Positions 20,884-31,741 of a stretch of 64,000 bases of DNA are shown here, in pieces. A program made the position numbers and the translations under genes. Below the pieces are notes generated by a model. That model saw only the letters and a program-made list of their open reading frames with translations. It was not told the DNA's origin and made no database searches. The first letter of the stretch is position 1; each line of letters starts with the position of its first letter. Origin of the DNA: an uncultured Planctomycetaceae bacterium (GTDB lineage: Bacteria; Planctomycetota; Planctomycetia; Isosphaerales; Isosphaeraceae); NCBI GenBank assembly GCA_963833985.1, contig CAWIAD010000001.1, positions 1,024,001 to 1,088,000 of the forward strand, in the 5' to 3' direction.

Positions 20884-21831
20884 ATGAAACTTTTTCTCAG
20901 GCCCGAGCGCTTCTGGACGGAGATCGCCCGGATCGAAGGGTCGGCGATTCCCTTCGTCCTGAGGCGGACGCTGGTCTTCGGCTTCATCGCCCTGGTCGTG
21001 ACGGTCATCGAGAAACACCCGGCTTTTCCCACGGTGGCCATTCCGATGGCGCCGTACGAGGTCCTCGGCGTGGCGCTGGGCGCGCTTCTGGTCCTGCGCA
21101 CAAATGCCGGTTACGAGCGGTGGTGGGAAGGGCGCAAACTCTGGGGAGGAATCGTCAACCAGAGCCGGAACCTGGTGATCCAGGCGCTCTGCTATGGACC
21201 CGATGACCCGGACTGGAGGCGGAGGTTCGTGGGCTGGACCGCGGCATTCGCCCACGTCGCGCGGCGGAGCCTGCGCCACCAGCGCGGGCTTCCCGAGCTC
21301 GAAGGGCTCATCGGCAGCGTCAAGGCGCAGCGGATCGCGTCGGTCGAGCACATGCCCACGGCCGTGGCACTGGCCATCGGCCAGTTGCTCCGCGAGGGTG
21401 TAGAACTGGGAATGGACCGGCTGGCGTTCGTGCGGGCCGACGAGGAAAGATCCCGGCTGATCGACCATATCGGCGGCTGCGAGCGAATCCTCAAGACTCC
21501 GCTCTGCGAAGCGTACTCTATCGAGATCCGCCAGTTCATCTTCGTTTTTTTGCTGGCCTTGCCGTTCGGAATTCTCCTCAAGGTGGACTGGCTGACGCCC
21601 ATGGTGACGATGCTGGTCGCCTTCCCGATCCTGGCACTGGACGAGATCGGCGTCGAGCTCCAGAACCCGTTCAGCGCGGCGCGGCTCAATCACTTGCCGC
21701 TCGATCGGATCTGCGAGAACCTGGAAGAGAACCTGATGGCTCTGCTCGCCCAAGTGCAGCCGGTTCACCCGTTAGCCGACCACGAGCCCGCGCCGACCGC
21801 CGATCAGGCAGCAGGTACGGGACTGCCCTGA
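20884..21831 (+). CDS. bestrophin family ion channel (YneE-like)
   Basis: LVLRTNAGYERWWEGRKLWG, GGCERILKTP, IGVELQNPF, HLPLD. The start may be 20848. Confidence 0.92.
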   Translation: MKLFLRPERFWTEIARIEGSAIPFVLRRTLVFGFIALVVTVIEKHPAFPTVAIPMAPYEVLGVALGALLVLRTNAGYERWWEGRKLWGGIVNQSRNLVIQALCYGPDDPDWRRRFVGWTAAFAHVARRSLRHQRGLPELEGLIGSVKAQRIASVEHMPTAVALAIGQLLREGVELGMDRLAFVRADEERSRLIDHIGGCERILKTPLCEAYSIEIRQFIFVFLLALPFGILLKVDWLTPMVTMLVAFPILALDEIGVELQNPFSAARLNHLPLDRICENLEENLMALLAQVQPVHPLADHEPAPTADQAAGTGLP

Positions 21832-21839
21832 AGCACGGA

Positions 21840-22217
21840 TCAAGCCGCGATCGATCCCGGGAAGCGTCGTTCCAGCGCGGCCCTAAACTGGTCGACCCGC
21901 TTGAACAGAGTCCTGTAGGCAGACGGGATCCAGCGTGCCAGCCAGTCGCCGATACGGCGGAAGAGCCCCGGAGCCATGATCAGCGTTCCCAGGACGAAGA
22001 GCGGCAATCCGAACGGGACCGGTCCGGTAATAGCAATGATCGCCGCACCCGCGGCAACCAGCGCAATACCGAGCCCCCTGGGAAACCCGCGCAGCTTGAC
22101 TACAAGCTGCTGGCCGGGCGTGAGTCGCAAGGACGGGATGTCCCAATTGATCGCGAGACGCCGGAGGGAGCGCGGGGAGCCCTTCGATCGCTCAGGCAGT
22201 ATGGAAGCTCGCGGCAC
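21840..22217 (-). CDS. small hypothetical membrane protein
   Basis: 125-aa ORF with a two-helix hydrophobic core (GIALVAAGAAII...GPVPFGLPLFVLG) and GGGAG upstream. Confidence 0.55.
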   Translation of the reverse strand: MPRASILPERSKGSPRSLRRLAINWDIPSLRLTPGQQLVVKLRGFPRGLGIALVAAGAAIIAITGPVPFGLPLFVLGTLIMAPGLFRRIGDWLARWIPSAYRTLFKRVDQFRAALERRFPGSIAA

Positions 22218-22480
22218 AATGCTCTCCCTTCAGTCAGGCATCATGAAAAAAGCATGAAGACGCATCCAGGAGAAGTTAGCAGCGTTTGTGCACTCGATGC
22301 AAGCCTCGATCTGTTTCATGAAAGGTTATTCTGAAGCAGGGCCGGCCCACCGGGCGCGGCTTACCCGACCTCTGCGGGATGATCGGGGTGCTACCTGAGT
22401 GCAGGCGAACTTTCGTACAATATCCGGGCCGATCCAGTGCAATACGACGAGCTGTCGCGGAAAGGTGACTCAGCCCTCCG

Positions 22481-24386
22481 ATGTGTGGCATAGCCGGTTT
22501 CGTGAATGGAAGCGGGTCTCAGGCGGAGCGGGCGGTCGTCGAGCGGATGACGGCGAGGCTGGCGCACCGGGGTCCTGACGGCGACGGCTTTCACTGCGCC
22601 GGGCCGGTTGCTCTGGGACACCGCCGGCTCTCGATCATCGACCTTGCCGGCGGCGCCCAGCCCATGTGCAACGAGGACGGCACGGTCTGGGTCACATACA
22701 ATGGAGAGCTCTATAACGAGCTGGAGCTGCGGCCGCAGCTTGAGGCCAGGGGTCATCGCTACCAGTCCGTCTCCGACACCGAGACCCTGGTCCATCTTTA
22801 CGAGGAAGAGGGAGTGGACTTTGCCCGGCGGCTCAACGGCATGTTCGCGGTGGCCATCTGGGACGAGCCCCGTCAGCGTTTGGTGCTGGCGCGCGACCGG
22901 ATGGGGCAGAAGCCGCTTTTTCACGCCGAGCTGCCGGGCGGCGGTCTGGCGTTTGGCTCCGAGCCCAAGGCGCTGCTCTGCCATCCCCAGGTTGGACGGG
23001 AACTCGATCGGGAGAGCCTGGCCCGCTACCTGTTCTACGAGTACGTTCCCGCACCTTACTCGATCTGGCGCGGGCTCAGGAAGTTGCCCCGGGGGCATCT
23101 GCTCGTCTGGGAGCGAGGCCAGGTGCGCACCTGGAGGTACTGGCAGCCGTCGGTGCTTGCCGATGGCGACCCGGACGAGCCGTTCGAGCAAGTCCGCGAG
23201 CGGTTCTGGACCGGCTTTCGCGACGCGGTGGCCCGCCATCGCCGGTCGGACGTGCCGCTCGGCGTGTTTCTTTCCGGCGGCGTCGATTCGTCGAGTGTGG
23301 CCGCGGCGCTCTGCGAGATCGAGCCGGCCCGCGGCGTGCACACCTTCTCGATCGGGTTTCACGAGCCGGACTTCGACGAGAGCCCGTATGCCCGGCGAGT
23401 GGCCCATCACCTGGGCACGAACCACCACGAGCGGACCTTCGCGGTCGCCCAGGTCTACGAGCTCTTGCCTGAGGTGGCCGGCTGGCTGGATGAGCCCTTT
23501 GGTGACGCCTCGATCTTGCCCACGCACCTTTTGAGTCGCTTTGCGCGGTGAGGTGACGGTGGCCCTGGGAGGCGACGGGGCCGACGAGCTGCTGGCCGGG
23601 TACCCGACCTTCACAGCAGAGCGCGCCGCCCGGCTCTATCGAACCTTGCCGCGCCCTGCTCGTGCCCTGGCCGAGGCCGCCATCGGCCGACTCCCCGTGG
23701 ATCATCGCAACTTCAGTTTTGATTTCAAGCTCAAGCAGTTCCTCCGCGGGGCGGCGGAGCCGCTGGCGCTGGCTCATCAGCGGTGGATGGGCTCGTTTTC
23801 TGGTGCCGAGCTGACGCGCCTGCTGCTGGACCCGGGCCCGGGCACCGGCGGCTGGCTCGATGTCGAGGCCGAACACATGGCCATGGCCGATGCGCTGGCC
23901 GCGGTGCCGGGCGCGGGGGCCGATCCGCTGAGCCGATCGCTGGAGCTGTACCAGGAGACCTACCTGCCCGAAGACATCCTCACGAAGGTCGACCGGGCGA
24001 GCATGGCATGCGGGCTGGAAGTCCGCGCCCCGTTCCTGGACGCGCAGCTCGTCGATCTTGTGCAGAGGCTTCCCGCCCGCTTCAAGTACGGCCGCAGCAC
24101 GACCAAGAGGTTGCTCAAAAGCGCGGTCTCGGGTAGGCTTCCGGCGTCGACCCTTGTGCGCGCGAAGCGAGGGTTCGGCATCCCGGTGGCCCGCTGGCTG
24201 CGCGGCGAGCTGGCTCCCTTGCTCGAAAGGTTGCTCGAGCCCGGCCGGCTGGCGCGGCAGGGGCTTTTTCGACCCCAGGAGATCGCACGCCGGATCGACG
24301 AGCACCGCTCGGGTGTGCGGGACCATCGCAAGCCGCTCTGGACACTCCTCATGTTCCAGCTCTGGCACGAGTCCTGGATGGCCTGA
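22481..24386 (+). CDS. asnB: asparagine synthase (glutamine-hydrolysing) / class II amidotransferase (frameshift near 23546)
   Basis: MCGIAG, HRGPD, RRLSIID, NGELYN, LSGGVDSS, then in a second frame ALGGDGADEL, KVDRASM, EVRAPFLD. Confidence 0.9.
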
Positions 24387-24457
24387 CGCGTGTCCATGAT
24401 CCACGTTCTTCGCGAATGACCGTTTCTGGCCGCATGGGACCTGCGAGACGCCCGAGC

Positions 24458-25246
24458 ATGAGGATCCTCGTCGTATCGGACATCCACGCCAACTGGCCGG
24501 CCCTGGCGGCGATCGACGAACCTCACGATGTCTGCCTCTGTCTCGGGGACCTGGTCGACTACGGCCCCGATCCCGTTCCTTGCGTGCGCTGGGCCAAGGA
24601 ACATGCCACCTACGCAATCCGCGGCAACCATGACCATGGAGTGGCCCAGGGGATTCCCGTGACCGGGGACATCGGCTTTCGCTACCTGACGAAGGTGTCG
24701 CGGCCGTCGATGTGGGACTCGCTGGGGCCCGATGAGCGACGCTACCTGCTGCAATTGCCGGTCACGCAAAGGATCACGCTGGCAGGCAAGCGGTTCCTGC
24801 TGGTCCACGCCACTCCCCGCGACCCGCTGGACGAATACCTCCTGAAAGTCCCTGAAGTCTGGGCAAGGCGCGTGCAGAACGTCGAGGCGGACATCCTTTG
24901 CGTGGGGCATTCACACATGCAGTTCAACCTGCAAGTGGAAGGGACCGTGATCCTGAACCCCGGCAGCGTGGGGCTGCCGCGCGACGGCGATCCCCGGGCC
25001 GCCTACGCCATCATTGACGACAATCGCATCGAGCTCAAGCGCGTGCCCTACCCGGTGGAGGAGACCATCGCCCGGATCGAGGCCATGCCCTGGACGCGCC
25101 GGGCCAAGGACATGATGCAGCACGCGCTCAGGTCGGGCCGGCTGCCTGGTACGGAGGCTGGAACACCCTCCGCCACCGAGGCCGAACTGGAACCGGACGC
25201 GGACTTCGAAGACAATCCCGACATCACGTTGCAGCCGCCGGAGTGA
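24458..25246 (+). CDS. calcineurin-like metallophosphoesterase
   Basis: SDIHAN, GDLVDYGP, RGNHD, GHSH, NPGSVG. Confidence 0.92.
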   Translation: MRILVVSDIHANWPALAAIDEPHDVCLCLGDLVDYGPDPVPCVRWAKEHATYAIRGNHDHGVAQGIPVTGDIGFRYLTKVSRPSMWDSLGPDERRYLLQLPVTQRITLAGKRFLLVHATPRDPLDEYLLKVPEVWARRVQNVEADILCVGHSHMQFNLQVEGTVILNPGSVGLPRDGDPRAAYAIIDDNRIELKRVPYPVEETIARIEAMPWTRRAKDMMQHALRSGRLPGTEAGTPSATEAELEPDADFEDNPDITLQPPE

Positions 25247-26502
25247 GCCGCAAGATGCCTTGCTCATCCCGGGGGCAAGCCGCCGTTGCCCCGGACTACC
25301 TGGCGCTCTTCGCCGCGCTGTACGCGCTGCAAGGCGTGGTCGTCGCTTACTTCTTCAACTTCAACCTGCTCTACATGACCGCCGGCGGAGCGGCCAAGGG
25401 TCCCGCCGCCGATGCCCAGAGTCTGGCGCTCGTCCCCCTGGTATTGAAGTTCCTGGGCGGACCGGTGTCGGACCGCTTCAATTTCCTGGGGTTCGGACAC
25501 CGCAAGCCCTACATCCTCCTGGGCGTGCTGCTCCAGTCGCTGGGCCTTTTGGGTTTGTCGCTTGTGAACCCTGGCCGCCAGCTTGGAGCATTCACGGCGC
25601 TCGCGGTTCTCACCGTCGCCGGACTGGCGGTTTACGACACCTGCTGCGACGGCATGGTGATCGATGTCACGCCGCCCGCCGACCGGGATCGGGTCCAGGG
25701 CTTGCTGGTAGCCAGCCGTGCGGCTGCCGCCATGCTGTTCACCCTGGCTTTCGGCTTCCTGCTGGAGTCCACGGGCAACGGTCCAGGCCGCGGCGACCCC
25801 GTGCTATGGATCTGCGCCGGCCTGGGCGTCATCCCGATGGTCCAGTCCCTGCTGGTGGCCGAGCCAGCCCGCGCGGCCGATGCGGATCGCTTCCAGTGGC
25901 GCGCCCTCGGCGTCCTGGTCCGCCCCCGGGCGTTACTGCTGCTTGTCTTCGGCGCGTTCTACGCCCTGGTGGGCTATGGCGTGGAGATCAACCTGGGCGC
26001 GTTCTACCATGACGACCTCCAGTTCCGCGAGCGTGCGATTGGCTACCTTGGTGCGTCTCGCTACGTCGGCAGGGTGTTCGGCGCAGCGTTACTGCCCATC
26101 CTGGCGACTCGCCTGTCCAGGACATGGGTGCTGCGCGTGGGGCTCCTGGCGCTGGCGGCCTCAACAGCCGTTCAGGCAGCGGTTGCGGATCCGGGGCCCG
26201 CGGGGCTTGCCGCGCTGGTCTTCGGCGCCGCCAACGGCTGGACCGACGCGGTCTTTTTCGTCCTGGCGATGGAGGCATCCGACCCTCGCATGGCCGCCTC
26301 AACCTATGCTCTGTTCATGGCCGTGACGAACGTCAGCGTGGCCGGCGGTGCACTGTTCGCGCGGCTTGAGTCTGCTCTGGGCGGCTCAAGTCTGGGCGGC
26401 TACCGTGCCGCGTTCCTGGTCACCGGGGCAGTCGTGCTGCTGGCATGGCCCTGCACTCGACCGATGGGCCGCGCAGCCGCGAGCACGGAAGCGGTCGAAT
26501 GA
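25243..26502 (+). CDS. MFS transporter (AmpG-like)
   Basis: About 12 TM segments, LYALQG, LKFLGGPVSDR, DTCCDG, ASTYALFMAVTN. Confidence 0.85.
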   Translation: MSRKMPCSSRGQAAVAPDYLALFAALYALQGVVVAYFFNFNLLYMTAGGAAKGPAADAQSLALVPLVLKFLGGPVSDRFNFLGFGHRKPYILLGVLLQSLGLLGLSLVNPGRQLGAFTALAVLTVAGLAVYDTCCDGMVIDVTPPADRDRVQGLLVASRAAAAMLFTLAFGFLLESTGNGPGRGDPVLWICAGLGVIPMVQSLLVAEPARAADADRFQWRALGVLVRPRALLLLVFGAFYALVGYGVEINLGAFYHDDLQFRERAIGYLGASRYVGRVFGAALLPILATRLSRTWVLRVGLLALAASTAVQAAVADPGPAGLAALVFGAANGWTDAVFFVLAMEASDPRMAASTYALFMAVTNVSVAGGALFARLESALGGSSLGGYRAAFLVTGAVVLLAWPCTRPMGRAAASTEAVE

Positions 26503-27536
26503 GCACGTTTTGGACCTTGCTGGGTATCGCGGGCATAACCCTGGCGGCCCTCGCCGGGTTCCTCTTCTCGTTGCGGTGGTGGGTCCAGAGCCTCGTGCGG
26601 TTGCTGCTCTGGCCGCGATACCGTCTCAGGATCATTGGCCATGAGAACGTGCCTCGGACCGGGCCGGCGCTTGTGGCCGCCAATCACGTCACCTGGCTGG
26701 ACGGCTTCTTCCTGGCGGCGGCCTGCCCGCGGCGCGGCCATGCCCTGGTGAACTCGGCCTACATCGACTGGCCCGTCCTGGGCCGCTGGGCGCGCTGGAT
26801 CGGGCTTATCCCCGTGCCGTTCTCCGGGCCGAGAGCGCAGCGGACCATGTTCCAGGTCTGCCGCAAAATCCTGGACCAGGGCGAGGTGCTGGGACTTTTC
26901 CCGGAGGCTCAGATGAGCCGCACCGGTCTGACCGGTCCCTTCTATCGCGGCCTCGAGGCAATCCTTGCCGGCAAGAGTGATGTTGCGGTCGTGCCGGTCT
27001 TCCTGGACAACCTGTGGGGGAGTGTGTTCAGTTACGCGGGAGGGCGTACTTCGGGGCACCCGCAAAACCTTGCGCGGCGAACGGTGACCGTGGTCTTCGG
27101 GCCGCCCGTGCCGCCGCCAATCACGGCGTTCGCCGTCCGCCAGGCCGTGCTCGAGGCGAGCGTCACGGCTTTTGAGCACCGCGATTGGCCGCCGGCCCCG
27201 CTCGAGACCATCGAGCCCGAGCAGCCACGGTTCGTGCATCCCGAGCTGGGCCTGATCGCGGCTTCAACCGCCAACTTTGAACACCGGGGAATCCGCCAGA
27301 TCGGGCAAAAACCAGGAACCTCGGGCCACCCTGTCCCTGGCGTCGCGCTCCGCGTCGTCAACGAGCGGGGCGAAAGCCTGCCGCCTGAGGAAGTCGGCCG
27401 CCTCCTGGCTCGGGTTCCCGGCCGGCCCTGGATGGACACCGGGTACCGCGGCTCGCTCGATCGCGACGGTTTCGTCCGTGTGCTCGACGCGGAGCCAGGG
27501 CCCGGTACTGGAGAGAATCGATGCGATGATTCTTAG
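26499..27536 (+). CDS. 1-acyl-sn-glycerol-3-phosphate acyltransferase with an Aas-like C-terminal fragment
   Basis: ANHVTWLD (HX4D), LFPEAQ, WGSVFS. C-terminus has KPGTSGHPVPGV and WMDTG...LDRDGF. ATGA overlap with the MFS gene. Confidence 0.85.
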   Translation: MSTFWTLLGIAGITLAALAGFLFSLRWWVQSLVRLLLWPRYRLRIIGHENVPRTGPALVAANHVTWLDGFFLAAACPRRGHALVNSAYIDWPVLGRWARWIGLIPVPFSGPRAQRTMFQVCRKILDQGEVLGLFPEAQMSRTGLTGPFYRGLEAILAGKSDVAVVPVFLDNLWGSVFSYAGGRTSGHPQNLARRTVTVVFGPPVPPPITAFAVRQAVLEASVTAFEHRDWPPAPLETIEPEQPRFVHPELGLIAASTANFEHRGIRQIGQKPGTSGHPVPGVALRVVNERGESLPPEEVGRLLARVPGRPWMDTGYRGSLDRDGFVRVLDAEPGPGTGENRCDDS

Positions 27537-27867
27537 ATTCTTTCTCTTTCGCCAGTTGAGCCGGCTTGTGATGGCCTGAGCCCGTGATCCGCAAGATGGA
27601 GTCTCGGTTGAGCGTACCTCCGATTTGCCTGTTGACATGCTTGCCGCCTGAACTGGCTGCGGCTTAAGATGCTCGGATTCATCTGGAAGATCTGGGCCCG
27701 CGGCCAGGGAAAGCGCGGTCTGCATGACGACGAATCGAGGATGCCCCTTGCCTCGCGTCTGTGACAGTGGGCCGACGCTCGAACGCGCCGGTCGGCCCGG
27801 CTCTGCTGAGCATCGGTCTCCCGCGGTCTGAACCGGATGCGCAATACCAGGAGAACGGGAGCGGCTC

Positions 27868-30800
27868 ATGACCGTGCCAATGATGCCGGGCCTGATGCGC
27901 GGAGTCGGTTCTCCGAATCGCCGCATCGATGCGGCGTGCGACGCTTTTGAGGAAGCGTGGCGGACAGGCCGGTCGCCGCGGATCGAGGACTGTCTCGCCC
28001 ACGCGGACGAAGCGGATCGCGCTGCGTTGCTCGGCGAACTTCTAGGGCTTGAGCTGGAGCTGCGGTGCAATCGTGGTGACCGGCCGGATTCCTCCGAGTA
28101 CCTGGCCCGTTTCCCGGCCGACGCGGGGCTTGTGGAGGCTGCCTTTGCGGGTGCCTCCTGGCACTCAGGCGAGAACGCGACAGGTCCCAGAGAGGGTGAT
28201 CGGAGCGCCGAGGGGTCAGATTCCGAAGCGCCCGGAAGTTCCCTGGCGGACGCCTGTGAGTCCCTGTTCCAGGACATGGTTGCCCAGAGTTCCTCCCAGA
28301 GCGAAGTAGAGAGGCGTGGGGACATCGGTGAGCCGGAGGATCTCTGCATCCCGAACGGCAGGTGCCCGGTACCGCCTGGCGAGCCGCGAGCGGCCAGGCC
28401 GGGCGAGCGCCGGACACCGACTCGGAGAGACAGCTCCGCCCGTCTCCAGGTCCTCGGCGAAGTGGCTCGCGGTGGCATGGGCGCCATCCTGCGTGGTCAC
28501 GATACGCGTCTGGGACGCGACCTTGCCATCAAGGTGCTGCTGGACGCCCACGAGGGTAACCCCACGATTGCGCGCCGCTTCATCGTGGAGGCTCAGATCA
28601 CCGGGCAGCTCCAGCACCCGGGCATCGTGCCGATTTACGAGCTGGGGATCCTCTCGGACCGGCGGCCCTACTTCGCAATGAAGCTGGTCGAGGGTGGAAC
28701 CCTCGCCGCGCTGCTGAAGGGCCGAACAGATCCCGCCCAGGACCAGGTCCGCTTCCTGGCCATCTTCCAGCAAGTGGCCCAGACCGTCGCCTACGCCCAC
28801 TCCCGGGGCGTCGTCCATCGCGACCTCAAGCCTTCCAACATCATGGTCGGCAGCTTTGGCGAGGTGCTGGTGATGGACTGGGGACTGGCCAGGGCCCTGC
28901 GTGAGCCCGAACTCTCCCCGGATGCGACGGCCCGCGACAACCCGGACCGGCAGCGCGGTGTCGTCACGACGGTGCGGAACCTTGCGGGCGATGATTGGAC
29001 CGTGGCGGGAAGCATCATCGGGACACCTGCCTACATGCCGCCGGAGCAGGCGCGCGGGGAAGTGGAACGGCTCGACGAGCGGTGCGACGTTTTCGCCCTG
29101 GGCTCGATCCTCTGTGAGATCCTCACCGGACGGCCGGCTTACACGGGGCGCTCGTCCAGGGAGATCATGCTTCGTGCCAGAGAGGCCGACCACTCCGAGG
29201 CGCGAGCACGGCTTGATGGCTGCGGGGCGGACGGGGACCTGGTCAGTCTGGTTCACGACTGCCTGGCCGTCGATCTCGGTGAGCGTGCGCGTGACGCCGC
29301 GGCCGTCGCGGCACGGCTGGCGGCCTACACGGAATCTCTCCAGGAGCGAATCCGTCGTGCCGAGCTGGGTCGCGCTGCCGAACAGGCCCGGGCCGAGGAG
29401 GCGCGCCGCACTGCTGCCGAGGCACAAGCCAAGGCCCTTGCCGAACGGCGGGCACGAAGGCTGACAGGGGCTCTGCTGGCCTCCGTGCTGGCGCTGACGG
29501 CCCTGGGCGTCGGGGTCTATGCCTGGTCCGTCCGGCAGCGGCAAGAGCGGCTCGAGCGGGTGGGCGTACTGGCAGAGAAAGCCGAGTCGCAGTACCTCCA
29601 CGCGATGAGCGAGCCAGCCGCCGACCCGCTCGCATGGCAAAGGATCGACTCCGTACTGGAGCAGGCTGAAGCGTTACTGCATGGAACGACCGATCCCGTC
29701 ATGAGCTCCAGGCTTGTGAATCTGCGCGAGCGTGCGCAGGCGGAGCGCGCAGGTCCGACGATGCGCGCAATCGGGCCCAGCGCCTGAGCGACCTTGCAGA
29801 GCAGCTCTGGAATACCGATCGCGGGGCCTACGATCGCCCTGACGAGGCCGTTCGCTTGCTCAGGTCCGCCCTGGAGATCCGCCGGAACGACCACCTGGTC
29901 CATAACTACCTGGGCGACGCACTGAAAGCCCAGGGAGACCTGAACGGCGCGATCGCCGAATACCGCGAAGCCATCCGGATCAAGCCTGACGATGCCAGCT
30001 ATCATGACAACCTCGGCGACGCATTGAAGGACAACGATGACCTGAACGGCGCGATCGCCGAGTATCGCGAGGCCACCCGGATCCAGCCCGATAGCTGGAT
30101 CTACCGCAAGGACCTCGGCCTTGCGCTCAAGACCCGGGGGGACGTGGACGGCGCAATTGGCGAATACCGCGAGGCCATCCGACTCAAATCCGACGAAGAG
30201 TTCCCCCACGACTTGCTCGGGGACGCACTCAAGGCGAAGGGGGACGTGGACGGCGCAATCATTGAATACCGCGAGGCCATCCGGCTCAAGCCCGATCGCT
30301 GGGTGTTTCGCAACGACCTTGGCGTCGCGCTGAAGATCAAGGGAGACCTGAACGGCGCGATCGCCGAATACCGCGCGGCCATCCGGCTCAAGCCGGACTA
30401 CGCTGCTGCCCATAACAACCTCGGCGTCGTACTGGAGGCCAAGGGGGAGATTGACGCCGCGATCACCGAATACCGCGCGGCCATTCGTTTCAAGCCCGAC
30501 TACTCCTACGCGCACAACAACCTCGGCGACGCCCTCAAGGCCAGGGGAAACCTGGAAGGTGCGCTGGCTGAATACCGCGAGGCCGTTCGACTCGATCCGC
30601 AGAACTGGGTCTTTCTCGATGACGTCGGCATCACACTGAGGGCCAGGGGAGAACTGGACGCTGCGATCAACGCCCACCGGGAGACCCTCCGCCTCAAGCC
30701 CGACTACGCTTACGCTCATAACAATCTGGCGCGGCGTCCTGGCCAGGGGGGACATTGACGCCGCGATCACGGCGTGTCGCGCGGCCATTCGCCTCAAGCC

Positions 30801-31674
30801 TGATTACGCGCTGGGCCACAGCAACCTCGGCCACGCCCTGCGGGCCAGGGGGGAGATTGACGGCGCGCTCGTGGAATACCGCGAGGCGGTACGCCTCAAG
30901 CCCGACGAGGCCGCTTACCTCGATTTCCTCGGCTTCACGCTCTGGGCCAAGGGCGATCCGGACGGCGCGCTTGCCGCCTGCCGGCAGGCTATCCGCGGCA
31001 AACCCGGCAATGCCCTCTACCACCGCACGCTGGGCCTGGTGCTGCGGGCCAGGACGGACCTCCAGGCTGCCATCGCCGCCTATCGCGAGGTCGTCCGCCT
31101 CAAGCCCGACGACGTCTGGAGCCGCATGCTTGCTTCCCGATTGGAGCGGCTGGCGGTCCATGGGCCAGCGTTGGAGACCTGGCTCCGCGGTGACGACACA
31201 CCCTCCGATGCCGGCGAGGCGATCGCCCTGGCACTGGTGCTCTACGCGCGCCATGAGTTCACGAAATCGGTCCGGCTCTTCGACGCGGCGTTCGTTCGTG
31301 ATCCCACGCTCGCCGCCGACGCCACAGTCTTCTATCGCCACGTCGCGGCCCAGACAGCGGCGCTCGCCGCTTCTCAGACCAACGGCCGCCCGGTCCTGGA
31401 TGACGGGTCCAGGGCCATGTTGCGCGCGCGGTCGCTGAGCTGGCTGCGCGACGACCTGGCCGCCTGGAACCGGAGACTGGACTCCAATTTTACCAAGGTC
31501 CGCGCCGAGGTCGGATCAACCATGGGCCTCTGGAGAAGCGACTTCCAGCTTGCAGGGGTCCGGGATCCTGAGGCTCTGTCCAGGCTGCCGGAGGCCGAGC
31601 GCGGGGCGTGGCGGGCGTTCTGGAAGGACGTGGTGGGACTTCAGGCCCGAGCCGCAAAACCGTCGGCTCCGTAA
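27868..31674 (+). CDS. Ser/Thr protein kinase with TM segment and ~12 TPR repeats (frameshifts near 29748 and 30730)
   Basis: IDAACDAFEEAW N-terminus, GGMGAI, AIK, HRDLKPSN, DWG, GTPAYMPPEQ. TPRs continue in ORFs 29856..30758 and 30871..31674; C-terminal VRDPEALSRLPEAERGAW. Confidence 0.88.
29888..31110 (+). repeat. 102-bp periodic TPR-coding repeats (~12 units)
   Basis: Variants of GACCTGAACGGCGCGATCGCCGAATACCGCG recur every 102 nt and encode LGxxLxxxGDxxGAIxEYREAIRLKPD. Confidence 0.9.
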
Positions 31675-31741
31675 AAGAGCCTGCGAGCTGTGGACTGCGA
31701 GGTAGGCGGACACCTGCCGCCGTTCCCGCGGTGCCCCGGGC

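Noticed and set aside
29888..31110. 102-bp repeats as CRISPR or DGR template/variable regions
   Set aside because: They are in-frame TPR units, with no reverse transcriptase and no adenine-specific variation pattern.
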